A stretch of DNA of 64,000 nt from Octopus sinensis (Eukaryota): assembly GCF_006345805.1 (NCBI RefSeq), contig NC_043001.1, positions 84,506,001-84,570,000 of the forward strand, in the 5' to 3' direction. The number at the start of each line of letters is the position of its first letter. Within the stretch, counting starts at the first letter, position 1. Below, piece after piece: positions 25,750 through 38,788 of this stretch. A model generated the notes under the pieces. It searched no databases. It was given only the letters and a program-made list of their open reading frames with translations, and had not been told where the DNA came from. Position numbers and translations under genes: made by a program.

Positions 25750-26819
25750 TAGATGTACAGAAATCAAGACAAAGTTTGCGCCACTCTGACTGGAAAAAAC
25801 AATGGTCATTTAAATAAATAGTAAATACTATTAATGTTTATTTTATGGTGTTCACTGTTCATATATTTCGTTTGAGGTTTGTGTAAAATTTTTGTTTTTG
25901 CATATCATAATAATCATTAAAAATTTACAATTTTTTTACGTTACATGTGCTTATTTTTACTATATGAACACCAAGCAATATGTAGAATCAGAATATAAAA
26001 TTTCGACCCCACCTACTACACACATAAGCGTACGTGCGTGTCCCTCTGAGTGGTTTAGCTGAAACGTTGCTATGCAAGCAGGAACAAACAACATTTTGAA
26101 AATACTGTCACTCGAGCAGCGGCATATAAAAAAAACACATAGAATAAAAATTGTATTATCACATCAAAAGGCACACAAAGAAATGATTTATACATCATAT
26201 ATACTCAACAGGCAGATCAGTTGACCCAAATAAGCGCAGACACTTCAAATACCACTATCGACTACCTGTCGACTTCAGTACTGAAAAGGACAGAAAAGCC
26301 ACTTCAGCTTAACCTAAATGTATGAGCACTAACCATCTCCACTACTAATAACACCACGACATATTGCAATCACGTCTAATATAGAACGCATAAAGAAGCA
26401 CACGGTGCGAGAGCTGTGTCACTATTTCCATGTTGCCATACATTTCTGCATATATGAACCTACAAGCAAAACGCCCCCCGTCCAATGGAAGGTGCTGAAT
26501 CATATCTGCTGAATAAAAAGCAATCAGTGTTTTCTTTTCATTAAAAAATAATTAAGTATGCCTTTATTTCAATACAATTTTTGGTTTTGTTAAACGAAGT
26601 TAAGGCAGAAAAAAACTTCTTGAGAAATCAAATAGTCTTTCCTTTCTTCATGCCAAGTTTGAAGAAAATATCTCTTTTGCATCTTACTTTTTTGGTCTCT
26701 TAAATATACTGCATTTTATGGCATTATTTCAAGCCAGCTGGCTTTTTTATACGCAAACTGCAAGTGCATTTTTCTCGCGTACGCGTAGTATCGATCGCAA
26801 CAGGTGATGTACTTGCGCG

Positions 26820-27008
26820 TACAAATGCACGTTCCCACGGCTTTATTGATCGCATTCTCACCTGGAATCGATTTTTGTAATTGTTTCAAGACTTATACAC
26901 GCCCTGATACCGTCGGTATCTACATATCAAATTTGAGCGCAATCGGATGGAGGATGCCCGAGATCCGAGAAGACACATACACAGACAGAACGGATTTTAT
27001 ATAATAGA
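26820..27008 (-). mobile_element. Helitron-like 5' fragment
   Basis: 5' TCTATTATATAAAATCC; same family as 7225-7530. Confidence 0.55.
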
Positions 27009-27094
27009 TAAGGGAAATTGTGTCAGTAGTTCTCATTAATGTTCTACCTTGAAACTCACTAATTCAAATTTTACTCGGATGAATCCTCATAGCC

Positions 27095-27770
27095 ACTTGA
27101 TGTTTGGTAAGAAGTTTACTTCTCAACCACATATGTTCCAGGTTCAGTCCCGTTGCGTGGTACCTTGGGTAAATGTTTTCTACTATAGCCGCAGGTCGAC
27201 CAAGGCCTTGTGAGAGGACTTAATTCAAAGAAACTGAAAGAAGCCCCGTCGTACATATATGTGTGTGTCATTGTGTCCGTGTTTGTCCCCCTCCCCAACA
27301 CCACTTGATAACCGGTGTTGGTGTGTTTACGTGTCCGTAACTTCACGGTTCGACAAAAAAGACCGATAGAATAAATACCAGGTTTTAAAAAAATAAGTAC
27401 CGGGGTAGATTCATTTGATTAAAGATTAAAGAATTGTAGGTACGTGTTACTTTGTTATGCAAACACAATATACCTACAAATCTTTAATGTATACATAGCA
27501 GCCCGAGGAATGCGTTTTAATATGTAAATTAGTAGATTCAATAACTTAACGCTGGTGACTATATAAGCAATGTGAACAGAGGCAACTGTGAGGTAGATGA
27601 ATACTGAAGAAGGGGCAACACCTTGTTCACATCTGTCTCCATACAAAACGTAGCGAAAATCAGTGCATATATATATAGAAATAACCTTAACAAAATTCGA
27701 TTAAGGATCCTTAAAGGTGGTACCCCATCATGGCCACAGTCTGATGACGGAAACAAGTAAAAGATAAATA
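27095..27770 (+). mobile_element. Diverged SINE family A, split by a ~270-bp insertion at 27425-27697
   Basis: Head and body at 27095-27425, 3' tail at 27698-27770. Confidence 0.65.
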
Positions 27771-28346
27771 AAGGTTATTAGGAATTGTGTAAAAAAAATT
27801 AACAATTTTTGCGTATTTTAAAAGTATAACCAATTCACTGCACAAATTTTAACAGCAAAATCTTATACGGACCTCCAAGGGCCATTTCTATGCCCAGTGG
27901 CCATATGGACTCCATTTGAGAACGTGATCACTCTACCAGCAGGAATTAGCACACAAAACTCACTTAAAGAATAATGTCTCATTAACTTACACATTGTCCA
28001 GATGGACGCGGGATAGCATTATTGTAAAAAGAGAGAACAGTCATGCATGATATACCTTTGATCATATTTCTGTTCATTCGATCTATCATAGATTTAAACG
28101 ACAACTACAACTCAACAATAACAACAATTGAATGTTATCCAATATTACTTGGTTCTTTTTCCAACTTCCACACATATAACATGACCAGCTCGAAAATAAA
28201 TTTCAGTGGCCATGACAAAACTGCAGTCTACTAATTCCCTAAATAAAGGCGTACAGTATTCTTTAAGTCATATCCAAGAGAGGACTCCGTATCCAGCTTT
28301 AAGATGCGAGCTAGGGATATGCTTAACAAATATATGGTATTCTTAC

Positions 28347-28519
28347 TTTTTTTGCAAGGCAACGTCGTCTATTTTTTTCTTTTCTTGTCCGCGCTGGAGC
28401 TTCAAGATATCGTTCAATTCGAAGAGGACGGTGAGGACGACGACGACGACAACGGCATCGCCAACAACAAAAGCAACAGTTACGATGATCTTACCTCTTT
28501 TTAACTTGTTAATTGATCT
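28347..28519 (-). other. Pair of candidate microexons (28495-28519, 25 nt; 28347-28393, 47 nt)
   Basis: TCTTTCGTTCCCAG|AGATC..GAG|GTAAGA and CTCCAG|CGCGG..AAA|GTAAGA; spliced in frame they read RSINKLKRARTRKEKNRRRCLAKK. Confidence 0.25.
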
Positions 28520-28991
28520 CTGGGAACGAAAGAGATGTAAAGCAACGAATAAAAGTTTTAAAAACCTGTGGTAATTGTCTGATTGGTTAGATTTCTGGAG
28601 AATCAATCTATGTTTAATTAATGATAGACTAGTTGGGGTAATGAGGCACATGTGTTGGCGTCATAGTTTCGATATGATTTTCTCTGACAATTCTGAAGAA
28701 CATTAACACCGTGAAAGGAACGCTTATCTGAGGAATACTCAAGTGGTTCAGCATTCTACAGATACACTGCATCAATACGTCAAGTGACTCTTTGACATAA
28801 CAATTCCAATAATCATCGTCGAAACCGATGTAGACTCATTTGCTATGATATTCTTTTGCAAATGAAATTTTCCGAATAAAAGTGATCAATAACGTAAAAT
28901 ATTTTCTTTATCCAATTTACTCTATATATGTGTGTAAGGAAGTGTGTGTATGTGTATGTATGCGTGTGTATGCGTGTGTGTGAGTGAGTGT

Positions 28992-29030
<39 letters not shown>

Positions 29031-30401
29031 GTGTGTGTGTGTGTGTGTGGTGTGTGTGTGTTTTGTGTGTGTGGTGTGTGTGTTTGTGGTGTGGTGTGTG
29101 TGTGGTGTGTGTTGGTGTGTGTGTTGTGTTTTAAAGCTTGCTCTTAAATCAAATTATATAAACAATTTTATATTAACTGAAGGATTGCTCCACGGATTCT
29201 TGCGTTACTTCGACATAGTTTTCTGTATGGGAGTGTCTGAATGATTCTGTAGAATCTAAGGAGCACTCCCACTCGTCAGTCCCACGAAGCTTCCTGCTGC
29301 TACATTACGTCGGAAATATCTCCCAATATACCTATTTGCAGTACTTGTTAATTGCTGAAAACACTATAAAATCATCATCTTTACAATCAGAAGGATCAAC
29401 GGAACAGATACTTGACACCGATTCGTAGTTTGCTCCATACGGAGCATCGAGCATCGGTGAATTTCTCCACCATGAATTTCTCATCGAGCATCGTTGAATT
29501 GTGCTTTCTGTTTCTCTCCAGGTGGATCTCCATTTCCTTTTGAATTGTCCTGTACTTTATATCTTTCCTTGGGGTCTTTCTTCTTCCAGGTCGTGTTGAT
29601 TTTGAAAAATCAACGATGTTTCTGTAATTTTGCTTTTTCTTCTTCTGGGTAGAAAATTAGCGTCAAATATCGGATGGGATTGGGCAGTATAATATGTGTC
29701 AGATATCGGACGGGGGAGCAGTATAATTTGCGACATATGTCAGCTGGGGTGAAATATAATTAAGGGTGCAGAATATTTAGAGTCCGGTATCAGACTGGGA
29801 TACAGTGTCAGTGGTATTAGCATCAACCATTTAGATAATTCGAAACCTGGAATGTTATTTAATATGTCTGTGAGGCAACCATGAATGGGCAGTACTAGGG
29901 TGAACCGCTACCAACAGAGACATGCTGACTTGGATGCGAGAAAGAGAGCAAGGTAGTTTGGAACGTCTGTATCTCCATTTCAAAAATACGTGTAAACGGT
30001 GATACAATTGTTGTGGAGATTTAGAGCTTCTAAAGGATTTGGATACGAAACCAACTGAATCAGCGTTGGCGGAGCGTTAGACCCACAATGACTTTCAACC
30101 GCTGGAACATTAACCAACAATGGCCTTGGGGAGAGGTAAAGGTGGATGTAGTTGTATTGAGGAGGCGGTACATGCAATAGTATTGTATGTTGACGCATTC
30201 TATGTTGTAATGATACAATTTAGTTTATAGTAATTATAAACATTATATATGATCGAAATAACCGAATGCATAATGTTTTGGGCTACCCGCACATGGAGAA
30301 AACATTCAAAGTTGCTGCTTTTGTCTAAATATACTTTATTTTAGGTCCTTCATTTCTCGAGGAAGTAACTGTCGTACACTGGAGCAGACATTTTAGATAT
30401 G

Positions 30402-30483
<82 letters not shown>

Positions 30484-30499
30484 TGTTTATTTGTTCCTT

Positions 30500-30786
30500 C
30501 TCGAGCTACACCTGGCTCATTAGGGCCGGATTCTCGGTTTCCTTGGCGTATAGGTTCCCCTCCTGGACGGGACGCCGGTCCGTCGCAGGTATGTTGGAAG
30601 ATGCAGAAGAAAAAGTGAAAGAAAGTTGTGGCGAAAGAGTCAGCAGAAGTTCGCCATTACCTTCTGCCGGAGCTGCGTGCAGCTTAGGTGTTTCGCTCAT
30701 AAACACACACATCGCCCGGTCTGAGATTCGAACCTGCTATCCCTCGACAGCGAGTCGATTGCTCTAACCACTAGGACATGTGCCTC

Positions 30787-30790
<4 letters not shown>
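30500..30790 (-). mobile_element. SINE family C-related copy
   Basis: rc head GGAGGCACATGTCCTAGTGGTTAGAGC..GGTTCGAATC. Confidence 0.7.
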
Positions 30791-30859
<69 letters not shown>

Positions 30860-30887
30860 CATACATATATACATACATACATACTAC

Positions 30888-30963
<76 letters not shown>

Positions 30964-30966
30964 TAT

Positions 30967-31009
<43 letters not shown>

Positions 31010-31014
31010 ATATG

Positions 31015-31058
<44 letters not shown>

Positions 31059-31063
31059 CATAT

Positions 31064-31168
<105 letters not shown>

Positions 31169-31328
31169 GAGAGAGAGGGTAGAGAGAGAATACGAGGAGT
31201 TTAGTTCACTGATGGTCTAAACGAATAGGTACGCTGTGTAAGTGCTATAATTTGTCCTTTAGGCTCCAAGTCGTCAGCTGAGGCAGGAGCTAGGGATCTA
31301 TTGTAGGCTTCCGAGTCAGCAGGTATTT

Positions 31329-31803
31329 ATATTCGACGAAAAAGGACAGCAAAAATCAAGGTGGAACGAGTATCTTAGGCCATTTACAGTATTCAATTAG
31401 AGTAAGGTAATTTAGAAGTAATTAAAGTCTTATAACAGTATCTGGGATATCCCAGGTGATGGGTCCGCATCTCCATATATTGCGTATTCCGTCATCAGAG
31501 ACAAGGTGCCTATGTAGGCAAATTCCAGACAGAGAATTCACAGTGTATAAAAGAATAAAATAATATCTACTGTTTTATTCTTTTATACATTGTGAATTCT
31601 ATCGGGAACTTGCTCTACATACGCACCTTGTCTCTGATGACGGAATACCCAGTGTATGGAGATGCGGACCCATCACCTAGAATATATCAGAAACAACTGC
31701 AAGACATTAATTACTTCTCATTCACCTTACTCTAATTAAATACTCCAAATGACCTGAAATACTCGTTCTACCGTGGTTTTGTTGTCCTTTTAACGTCAAT
31801 ATA
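31329..31803. repeat. Fold-back of two inverted PLE-like terminal repeats, each with a degenerate hammerhead
   Basis: ~235-bp arms centred near 31566; motifs at 31427-31502 (-) and 31630-31705 (+). Confidence 0.7.
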
Positions 31804-31910
31804 TATATATATATATATAAATAATAATAAATATTAGGGAATGAATCCAAAATTACAGGGAAAAATCAGATTTAGGGTTAAATCCAATTTTATAGTAAAA
31901 TATTATATAA

Positions 31911-32090
31911 TATAATTCGAGACAAAACCACTATTTTAAAACCAAACAAGAAAAGACTTAATCAATACATAAAATTTTAATATAAATTAAATAAAATAAA
32001 TTTAATTTATTTAATTTATATTAAAATTTTACGTATTGATTAAGTCTTTTCTTGTTTGGTTTTAAAATAGTGGTTTTGTCTCGAATTATA
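31911..32090. repeat. Near-perfect AT-rich palindrome
   Basis: ~85-bp arms with one visible mismatch, flanked by (TA)n. Confidence 0.9.
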
Positions 32091-32264
32091 TATATATATA
32101 ATATATATATATATAATATATATATATAAACTTGTTAACAGATGAGATCCAGAGATTCTCAGTATAGAAAGCAGTAGTGGCACTCAAATGATTCAAACAA
32201 CAGAAAGCAAATATATATTTCTTTCACTATCCAACCCCAGTGATCATCAATATATGTATGTATG

Positions 32265-32335
<71 letters not shown>

Positions 32336-34315
32336 CAGCATCGGTCCATCTCCGTCCTCAACCATCATACACACAAAAAAATAAAGTAAAAGAAATTAAA
32401 TAATGCCTGTATTGTTCAACCCAAGGATAACAAACGGAAACTACGGAATTTAAACTTGATACACAAGATGTAGGAAAAACAACACGAACTATTTAACATC
32501 AGAAATGAACGGACCGGTACCCTACGAAAATGATGACCATGAAAATTAAGGGCCGGACGTTATTCCTCATGTCCCGCAAATAAAATCAAAACAGTATATA
32601 AATGGACACGTGAGGAATATATTTCAAATCTACACGCTCATTTTACGGCAGTGCTCTACCCAAAGAACAAAAATTCAACAACAGCAAAAAGAAGAAGGTT
32701 TTAAGTATGGCCTGGATCGATTACCGAAAGGCTTTTGATAGTATTCCCCAAACATGGATCCTAGAAAAACTAGCCATGAAGAAACAAGGTGGCATCAATA
32801 ATCATAAAATATATAAAACATTCCATGAATAAATGGCAGACAGTGCTACAGCTCCAGACAAAAGAGGGATTCATAAAAGCCAAAGCCATCCCCATTAAAA
32901 GAGGTATATTCCAGGGAGACACGTACTCTCTCCTCCTTTTCTGCTTGGCACTGACATCTTTATCTGACATGCTAAACAGAACTGGATGTGGATACAACTG
33001 TTACGGCAAAACAATCAGCCATCTCTTGCATGTGGATGATATAAAACTGTACGCTACAAATGATAAACAGCTGAAAACATTATTACAGACAGTACATAGA
33101 TTTATCAGAGAAATATACATGAAATTTGGCTCATTGGCTTAGAAAAATGTGCCAAAGCAATCTTGAAAAACGGAAACTAGATAAAGCATATAAAATAAGA
33201 GAATTAGACCAAAGCTGGACATACAAATACTTAGGAGCACAAGATCAAGCCTTCCCGCCAGAAATCAACAGATCACGTAATAAAAAGAAATGCAAGTAAC
33301 TAGATACGATACAACACACACAACTGAAACAGAGGTTAAAAAAGGAATGCTAACGACGAGTCAGATTAATATTGAAAATAGAGTTCAATATGGAAAACAT
33401 GATAATAAGTATCAAAACTCTAGCCGTCCCAGTTACAAGTCGCAGCTACTATATTCTTAACTGGACTCTAAATGAGCTAACCAAAATAGACAGGAAAACA
33501 AGAAAAATAATGACATGATTTAGAATGCACCACCCAAAATCTGACATAGAACAGTTATATATACAATGTATCGAAGGTGGCAGAGGCCTTATACAGCTAG
33601 AAAACTATTACAAAATAATCACCATAGAACTACAGAAATCCTACTTCAGAAGTAAGGAAAACTGATACAAATAAGATGAAAAAAACCCACAAAACAAACA
33701 CACTGTTTTCAGTCTTTAAGGAAGCTGACAAATGCAAAAAAGAAATCATAGTACCTAAAAACTAGGAAAAAAAAAAAAAGAAACAAAATATGCTGTAAAA
33801 CAATTAAAATTCAAATTAAATCTGGAACAACAACAGATCATGATAAAACGATGGTAAGAAAAGCCCCTACATGGCAAATATTCGGTTAAGTTAAACAGAA
33901 ATGAAATAGACAAGGCAAAATCCCAACAATGGCTGGGAAGCTCAGGACTCAAAGCAGAGACTGAAGGATTTTGAAATACAGCACAAGATCAAGTCTTTAG
34001 GCTTTGTGCCTTCAGTAGAAAGGATTCTACCTGAAATCACCAAATCACGTAATGAAAAGAAATACAAGTAGCTCCAGTATATGTGGTGATGGAGAAGAAA
34101 CAATAAATCACATTGTCTCTGGCTGCCCAGTCCTGCTAAAAAGGAATATATTCACAGGCACGGCAGAATTGGGACCTACATACACTGGAAATTATGCCAA
34201 ACACAAGTGAATAACAACAGAAAAAAGATGGTTTTAGGCACTCGACAGAAAAGGTCAAAGAACATGAAAAACCAACCATACTCTGGGATATGCCAGTACA
34301 CACAGGTAGAGAAAC
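32336..34315 (+). mobile_element. Degenerate R4/Dong-like RLE non-LTR retrotransposon (RT and CCHC), 3' truncated
   Basis: LSMAWIDYRKAFDSIP, IKRGIFQGD, ISHLLHVDDIKLYA, GGRGLIQL, EETINHIVSGCPVL, LWDMPVHT; preceded by an (AAT)n tract. Confidence 0.85.
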
Positions 34316-35702
34316 ATAAACAATCTTGCTCGGACTTGTGCCTTGGAAAGGAACTTTCTGGGTGTAAACCCATGGTCATTCATGACCGAAGGGGGTCCTT
34401 TTACGGGAATAACGAGGAGAATATTCATAAGATATGAGTGGAAGTTATTGGTTTCTCACAAATTTAGCCCTAGTGATGTAGTACTGAATGAATGCTTTTG
34501 TTGCTTTTCAGTGTTATGCGTGGTTCGTGTTGACATTAATGATTTCTTTTAAAAAGCTACGTTCAGTATAAAGTGTTATTGCCCCAAAATGACTGCTGGG
34601 TTTGTGCAAACGGAAATCTATTTCCAAAATCTCAATTCTGAAAGGAAATACCTCCTTTCAAGATAAGTTATTCATTTTGTTAAATAGCATACTTCACTTC
34701 TTTTTTAACTTCTACATCACAAGAAATCTTCATATCTATCTTACTAATAACAATATGAGTTACTTGCGTCATTATTGCGGCTAAATATCTTGCCATTCTT
34801 TTTATCCACTTATAGTATACTTAATTCAGTTATTTCCTATCTATCGCACACAAAACATTATCTTTGGTGGGCCACATACTTAAAACATTCAACTCCTTTG
34901 CTCACACTTCAGAAAATTCCCTCTCACGCAGACCCATTCAACGATACATTTCCTCTTTTCTGCCCACAGGCTTACAACCTTCGCGCCAAGTCCTAACACA
35001 AAGCACGATCGAAAGTAATAGTCTCTTCTTTAAAATAGATTCAACTCATCACACTCCATCGTATTGTTAGTCATATTTTTATAGCTCGTTCCTGGAAAAT
35101 GTTCACACTTTAGTATTAAGGAAGGGCTGGAATAGTATTTTGGATGCACGGAAGGACTGTGTTTGTCTTGTACATATAAGTGGGTGCAAGAACTTTGAAA
35201 ACCTTCTCAGAAGCTTCTAGCTGTCTGGCAGGTATCGATTGGATTTCCCTGAGGTGCCAGTGTGGACACGGAGCAACCACAATGGGTCATCCAGATCGTA
35301 TCCAGGTGAGAATGAGATCGATAAAGCCGTTTTTGTCCTGCTTTTCTTCCGTCAACCTGTACATAACTGTACCTTCCATTTTTGTTATTTTTGTACTGGT
35401 TAAAGGCACGTTTCTTTCCTGCCAAGCTTAATGTTTAAACCATGTTTGTGTTCCCCCAGTCAACAGTCTTATCATTACTGGTACTTTAAACTCTTCGGTT
35501 GCATATTTGTGTGATATAAAATCGTTTTTCTTTGGAATAGAAAAAAGTCTATCTTTATTTCTTCTTTTGCTGGTGTCTCAAAATTTAGATTAAATCAGTG
35601 TTTCTCAAAGGGGAGGCCTATGGAACGGTCGGACAAGTTGTTTTGAGAAAATTTGATTTAAATGTTTGACAACTCAGCACCGTCCATTGGGGCGTTTTGC
35701 TC

Positions 35703-35765
<63 letters not shown>

Positions 35766-36639
35766 GGTGGGAGAGAGATTCTTGTGTGGTGTGTATGTGT
35801 ATATGTGTGTATGCAAGCGTGTATGCGTGTTGTATGCGTGTATGATAGCGAGTGGTATGACCAGGCATTACGTTAAATAAAAAATACAAAGCAGATATTC
35901 TGAAGTTTTTTAAAACTTGCGTGATAAGCAATTTGAAGTGGAAAAATCTATTCGAGTGGAACAGAAATTAACAATGCCTCAAATAATATACAAAACGCAC
36001 ATACTCTATTATTCATACACACCGTATAATACGGCTTAAACATGTGTTACATTTAAGAGTGAACATATGGACTCAGTATTGTTGTGTTAACTTGTTCAAT
36101 ATTTTATAGATTCAAATTTAGGTTTCTCTGAATTATTTACTTCGTACATTAGTCACTAGTTCGTGTTGGAAATCATCTGTTTGACTGCCAAGCTGCCTCA
36201 TTGTATGATAGTATGTTTAACCTTCATTTATAGCCCAGATCATATTTTAATACCTCTAGTAACTACTTGGCAATAGCAAGGAGACTATCTATAGCCTCTA
36301 CAATTTTAGGCACACAAAGGGTGAACGCGACGTGCTAGCTGAATCTTTAGCGCGTCGGATAAAATACTTAGCAGGATTTCTTACAAATCTTTACGTTCTG
36401 AGTTCGAATCCCGTCATGGTCAACATTGTCTTTACTCCCTTCGGTTTCGATAAATAAAAAAAATTAACTGTCAAGAATGTGGTCGATGCAATCGATTTTT
36501 CCTCTTTCCTTAAGGTTTCTAACCTTGAACTCTGCAATCGATCTACATACCATTCAGGAAGAATATTGTAATATTATACGCCATGGAAACCGGGTAACAG
36601 GATTTATCAGCTTAATCCATTCTTCTTCTTCTTGTCACT

Positions 36640-36940
36640 CCTTTCAATCCTAGCGAGGCTCATGGGCCCGGTTTCCCGGTTTCTGTGGCCTATGTATTCC
36701 CCCCAGCTGGACGGGACGCCAGTCCATCGCAGCGTTACTCAAGAAACAGGAAGAGAGAGTGATAGAAAGTTGGGGGCGAAGGAGTACAATAGGGGTCGCC
36801 ACTAACCCCTGCCGGAGCCTCGTGGAGCTTTTAGGTGTTTTTGCTCAATAAACACGCACAACGCCTGGTTTGGGAATCGAAACCGCGATCCTCCGACCGC
36901 GAGTCCACTGCCCTAACTACTGGGCCATTGCACCTCCACT
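36640..36940 (-). mobile_element. SINE family C
   Basis: rc of the copy at 51640-51975 / 22827 family. Confidence 0.8.
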
Positions 36941-37204
36941 TAGTCCATTCTAGCCAATACTAACTGGATTATCTCACTAGATATTCAAGTGAAACTGGGG
37001 CTTACATGTTTGATGCTGTTAAAGTTCCTATGAATTTTCTGCTGCCGCTCCTTGTCTTTTAAAGTAGTTCACCCTATTATCAATTACATATTCTTCCAGC
37101 GTTTGTTGAGCAACACATGTGCGATTGAATCATATGTCTTCTTGTAATCTATCGAAATACGTAACAGTGACTGGAAGAACAAAAATTCCTTACTTTCTTC
37201 AGCT

Positions 37205-38015
37205 ATTTTCCGCTCTAGGCACAAAGCCTGAAATTTTGGGGGATGGGGCCAGTCGATTAGATCGATCCCAGTATGAAACTGGTACTTAATTTATCAACCT
37301 TGAAAGGATGAAAGGCAAAGTCCACCTCGGCGGAATTTGAACTCAGAACATCAAGACAAACGAAATGCCTATTTCTTTACTATCCACAAGGGGCTAAACA
37401 CAGAGGGGAAAAACAACGACAGACAAACGGATTAAGTCGATTACATCGACACCAGTGCGTAACTGGTACTTAATTTATCGATCCCGAAAGGATGAAAGGC
37501 AAAGTCGACCTCAGTCGAATTTGAACTCAGAATGTAAAGACAGACGAAACATCGCTAAGCATTTCGCCCGGCGTGCTAACGATTCCGCCAACTCGCCGCC
37601 TTTATTTTGTGCCAATAAACTTTTCTACTCTAAGCACAAGCCCTGAAATTTTGGGGGAGGAGTCCAGTCGATTAGATCGATACACAGTACGTAACTGGTA
37701 TTTGATTTATCGACTCCGAAAGGATGAAAGGCAAAGTCGACCTCGGCGGAATTTGAACTGAGAACGTCAAGACAAACGAAATGCCTATTTCTTTACTATC
37801 CACAAGGGGCTAAACACAAAGAGGAAAAACAACGACAGACAAACGGATTAAGTCGATTACATCGACACTAGTGCGTAACTGGTACTTAATTTATCGATCC
37901 CGAAAGGATGAAAGGCAAAGTCGACCTCGGCGGAATTTGAACTCAGAACGTAATGGCAGAAGAAATACCGCTAAGCATTTCGCCCGGCACGCTAACGTGT
38001 CTGCCAGCTCATCGC
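37205..38015 (-). mobile_element. Tandem cluster of SINE family B copies (duplicated ~410-bp dimer unit)
   Basis: 37205-37620 is similar to 37620-38015. Confidence 0.8.
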
Positions 38016-38059
38016 CTTTCAGTTATTTTCTTTGACTGCAATATATCAATCCTCACAAT

Positions 38060-38340
38060 GAAAGCGTGTGGCTTAGTGTTTAGGGCATTCGACTCACGAT
38101 CGTGATTTCGACACCTGGCGACGCGTTTTGTCCTCAAGCAAGACATGTTATTTCACGTTGCTCTAGTCTACTCAGGATGAGTCGTGTCACATTTCGTGTC
38201 ACGCTGAATCTCCCCTGGAATTACGTTAAGAGTACGCGTGTCTGTGGAGTGCTCAGCCACTTGCACGTTAATTTCACGTGTAGGCTGTTCCGTTAATTGG
38301 ATTAATTGGAATCTTCGTCGTCGTAACCGACGGAGCACCA
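38060..38340 (+). mobile_element. SINE family C-related copy
   Basis: tRNA-like head, and 3' body shared with 51830-51975. Confidence 0.7.
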
Positions 38341-38788
38341 GTTCACCATTTCTCACATCATTTAAGTATTATTAAGTGGTATTATCTAAATAAAGTGACA
38401 CGTAGAACAAATGACCAGTTATTGTATAGGGCAGCTATCTAAGATGTTGGATTTTCTTATTCTGTTAATAACACTGGACCTTGCGAGTGTTCAAAAATTT
38501 ATTTTATAAATCCGTATTGTGGTGCAAGAATGAATGAGTTTACCATTTCACAGTGAGATCAATCAAAGTTTTGTGAATAAAAGTGAAGGCATTAATCGGT
38601 TGGTTACGGCGATCGAGCTCAGCATTCTATTCTAAGGAATAACGTAAAAGACTTTTTCACATTCCCGAGCGTCAAACTATTACACCTGCTTGTTGTTCAT
38701 ACACCTGTCTATGTCTTTTGCTTTCCTATAAATTTCAGGTATATATAATAGGTGCAGGAGTGGCTGTGTGGTAAGTAGCTTGCTTACC

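Larger units (their letters stand above)
23143..25820 (+). pseudogene. hATm-like DDE transposase pseudogene, interrupted by a SINE and a Helitron
   Basis: GFDGRKDET, EPGDEYLDHVSPDNGTA, GTPVNTGHLGGI, LPFRHVF..DGKATGP, PGKIHH, PCHSQGVEHAINLVTKAC motifs with frameshifts. Confidence 0.7.

Noticed and set aside
26212-26319. Plus-strand 108-nt open exon candidate (also 34970-35014 and 44705 onward)
   Set aside because: Splice-like signals only; no recognisable homology or consistent phase chain; expected by chance in 64 kb.
29150-30400. Purine-skewed unique-looking segment, possibly decayed PLE ORF
   Set aside because: No motif I could assign; all frames are interrupted.
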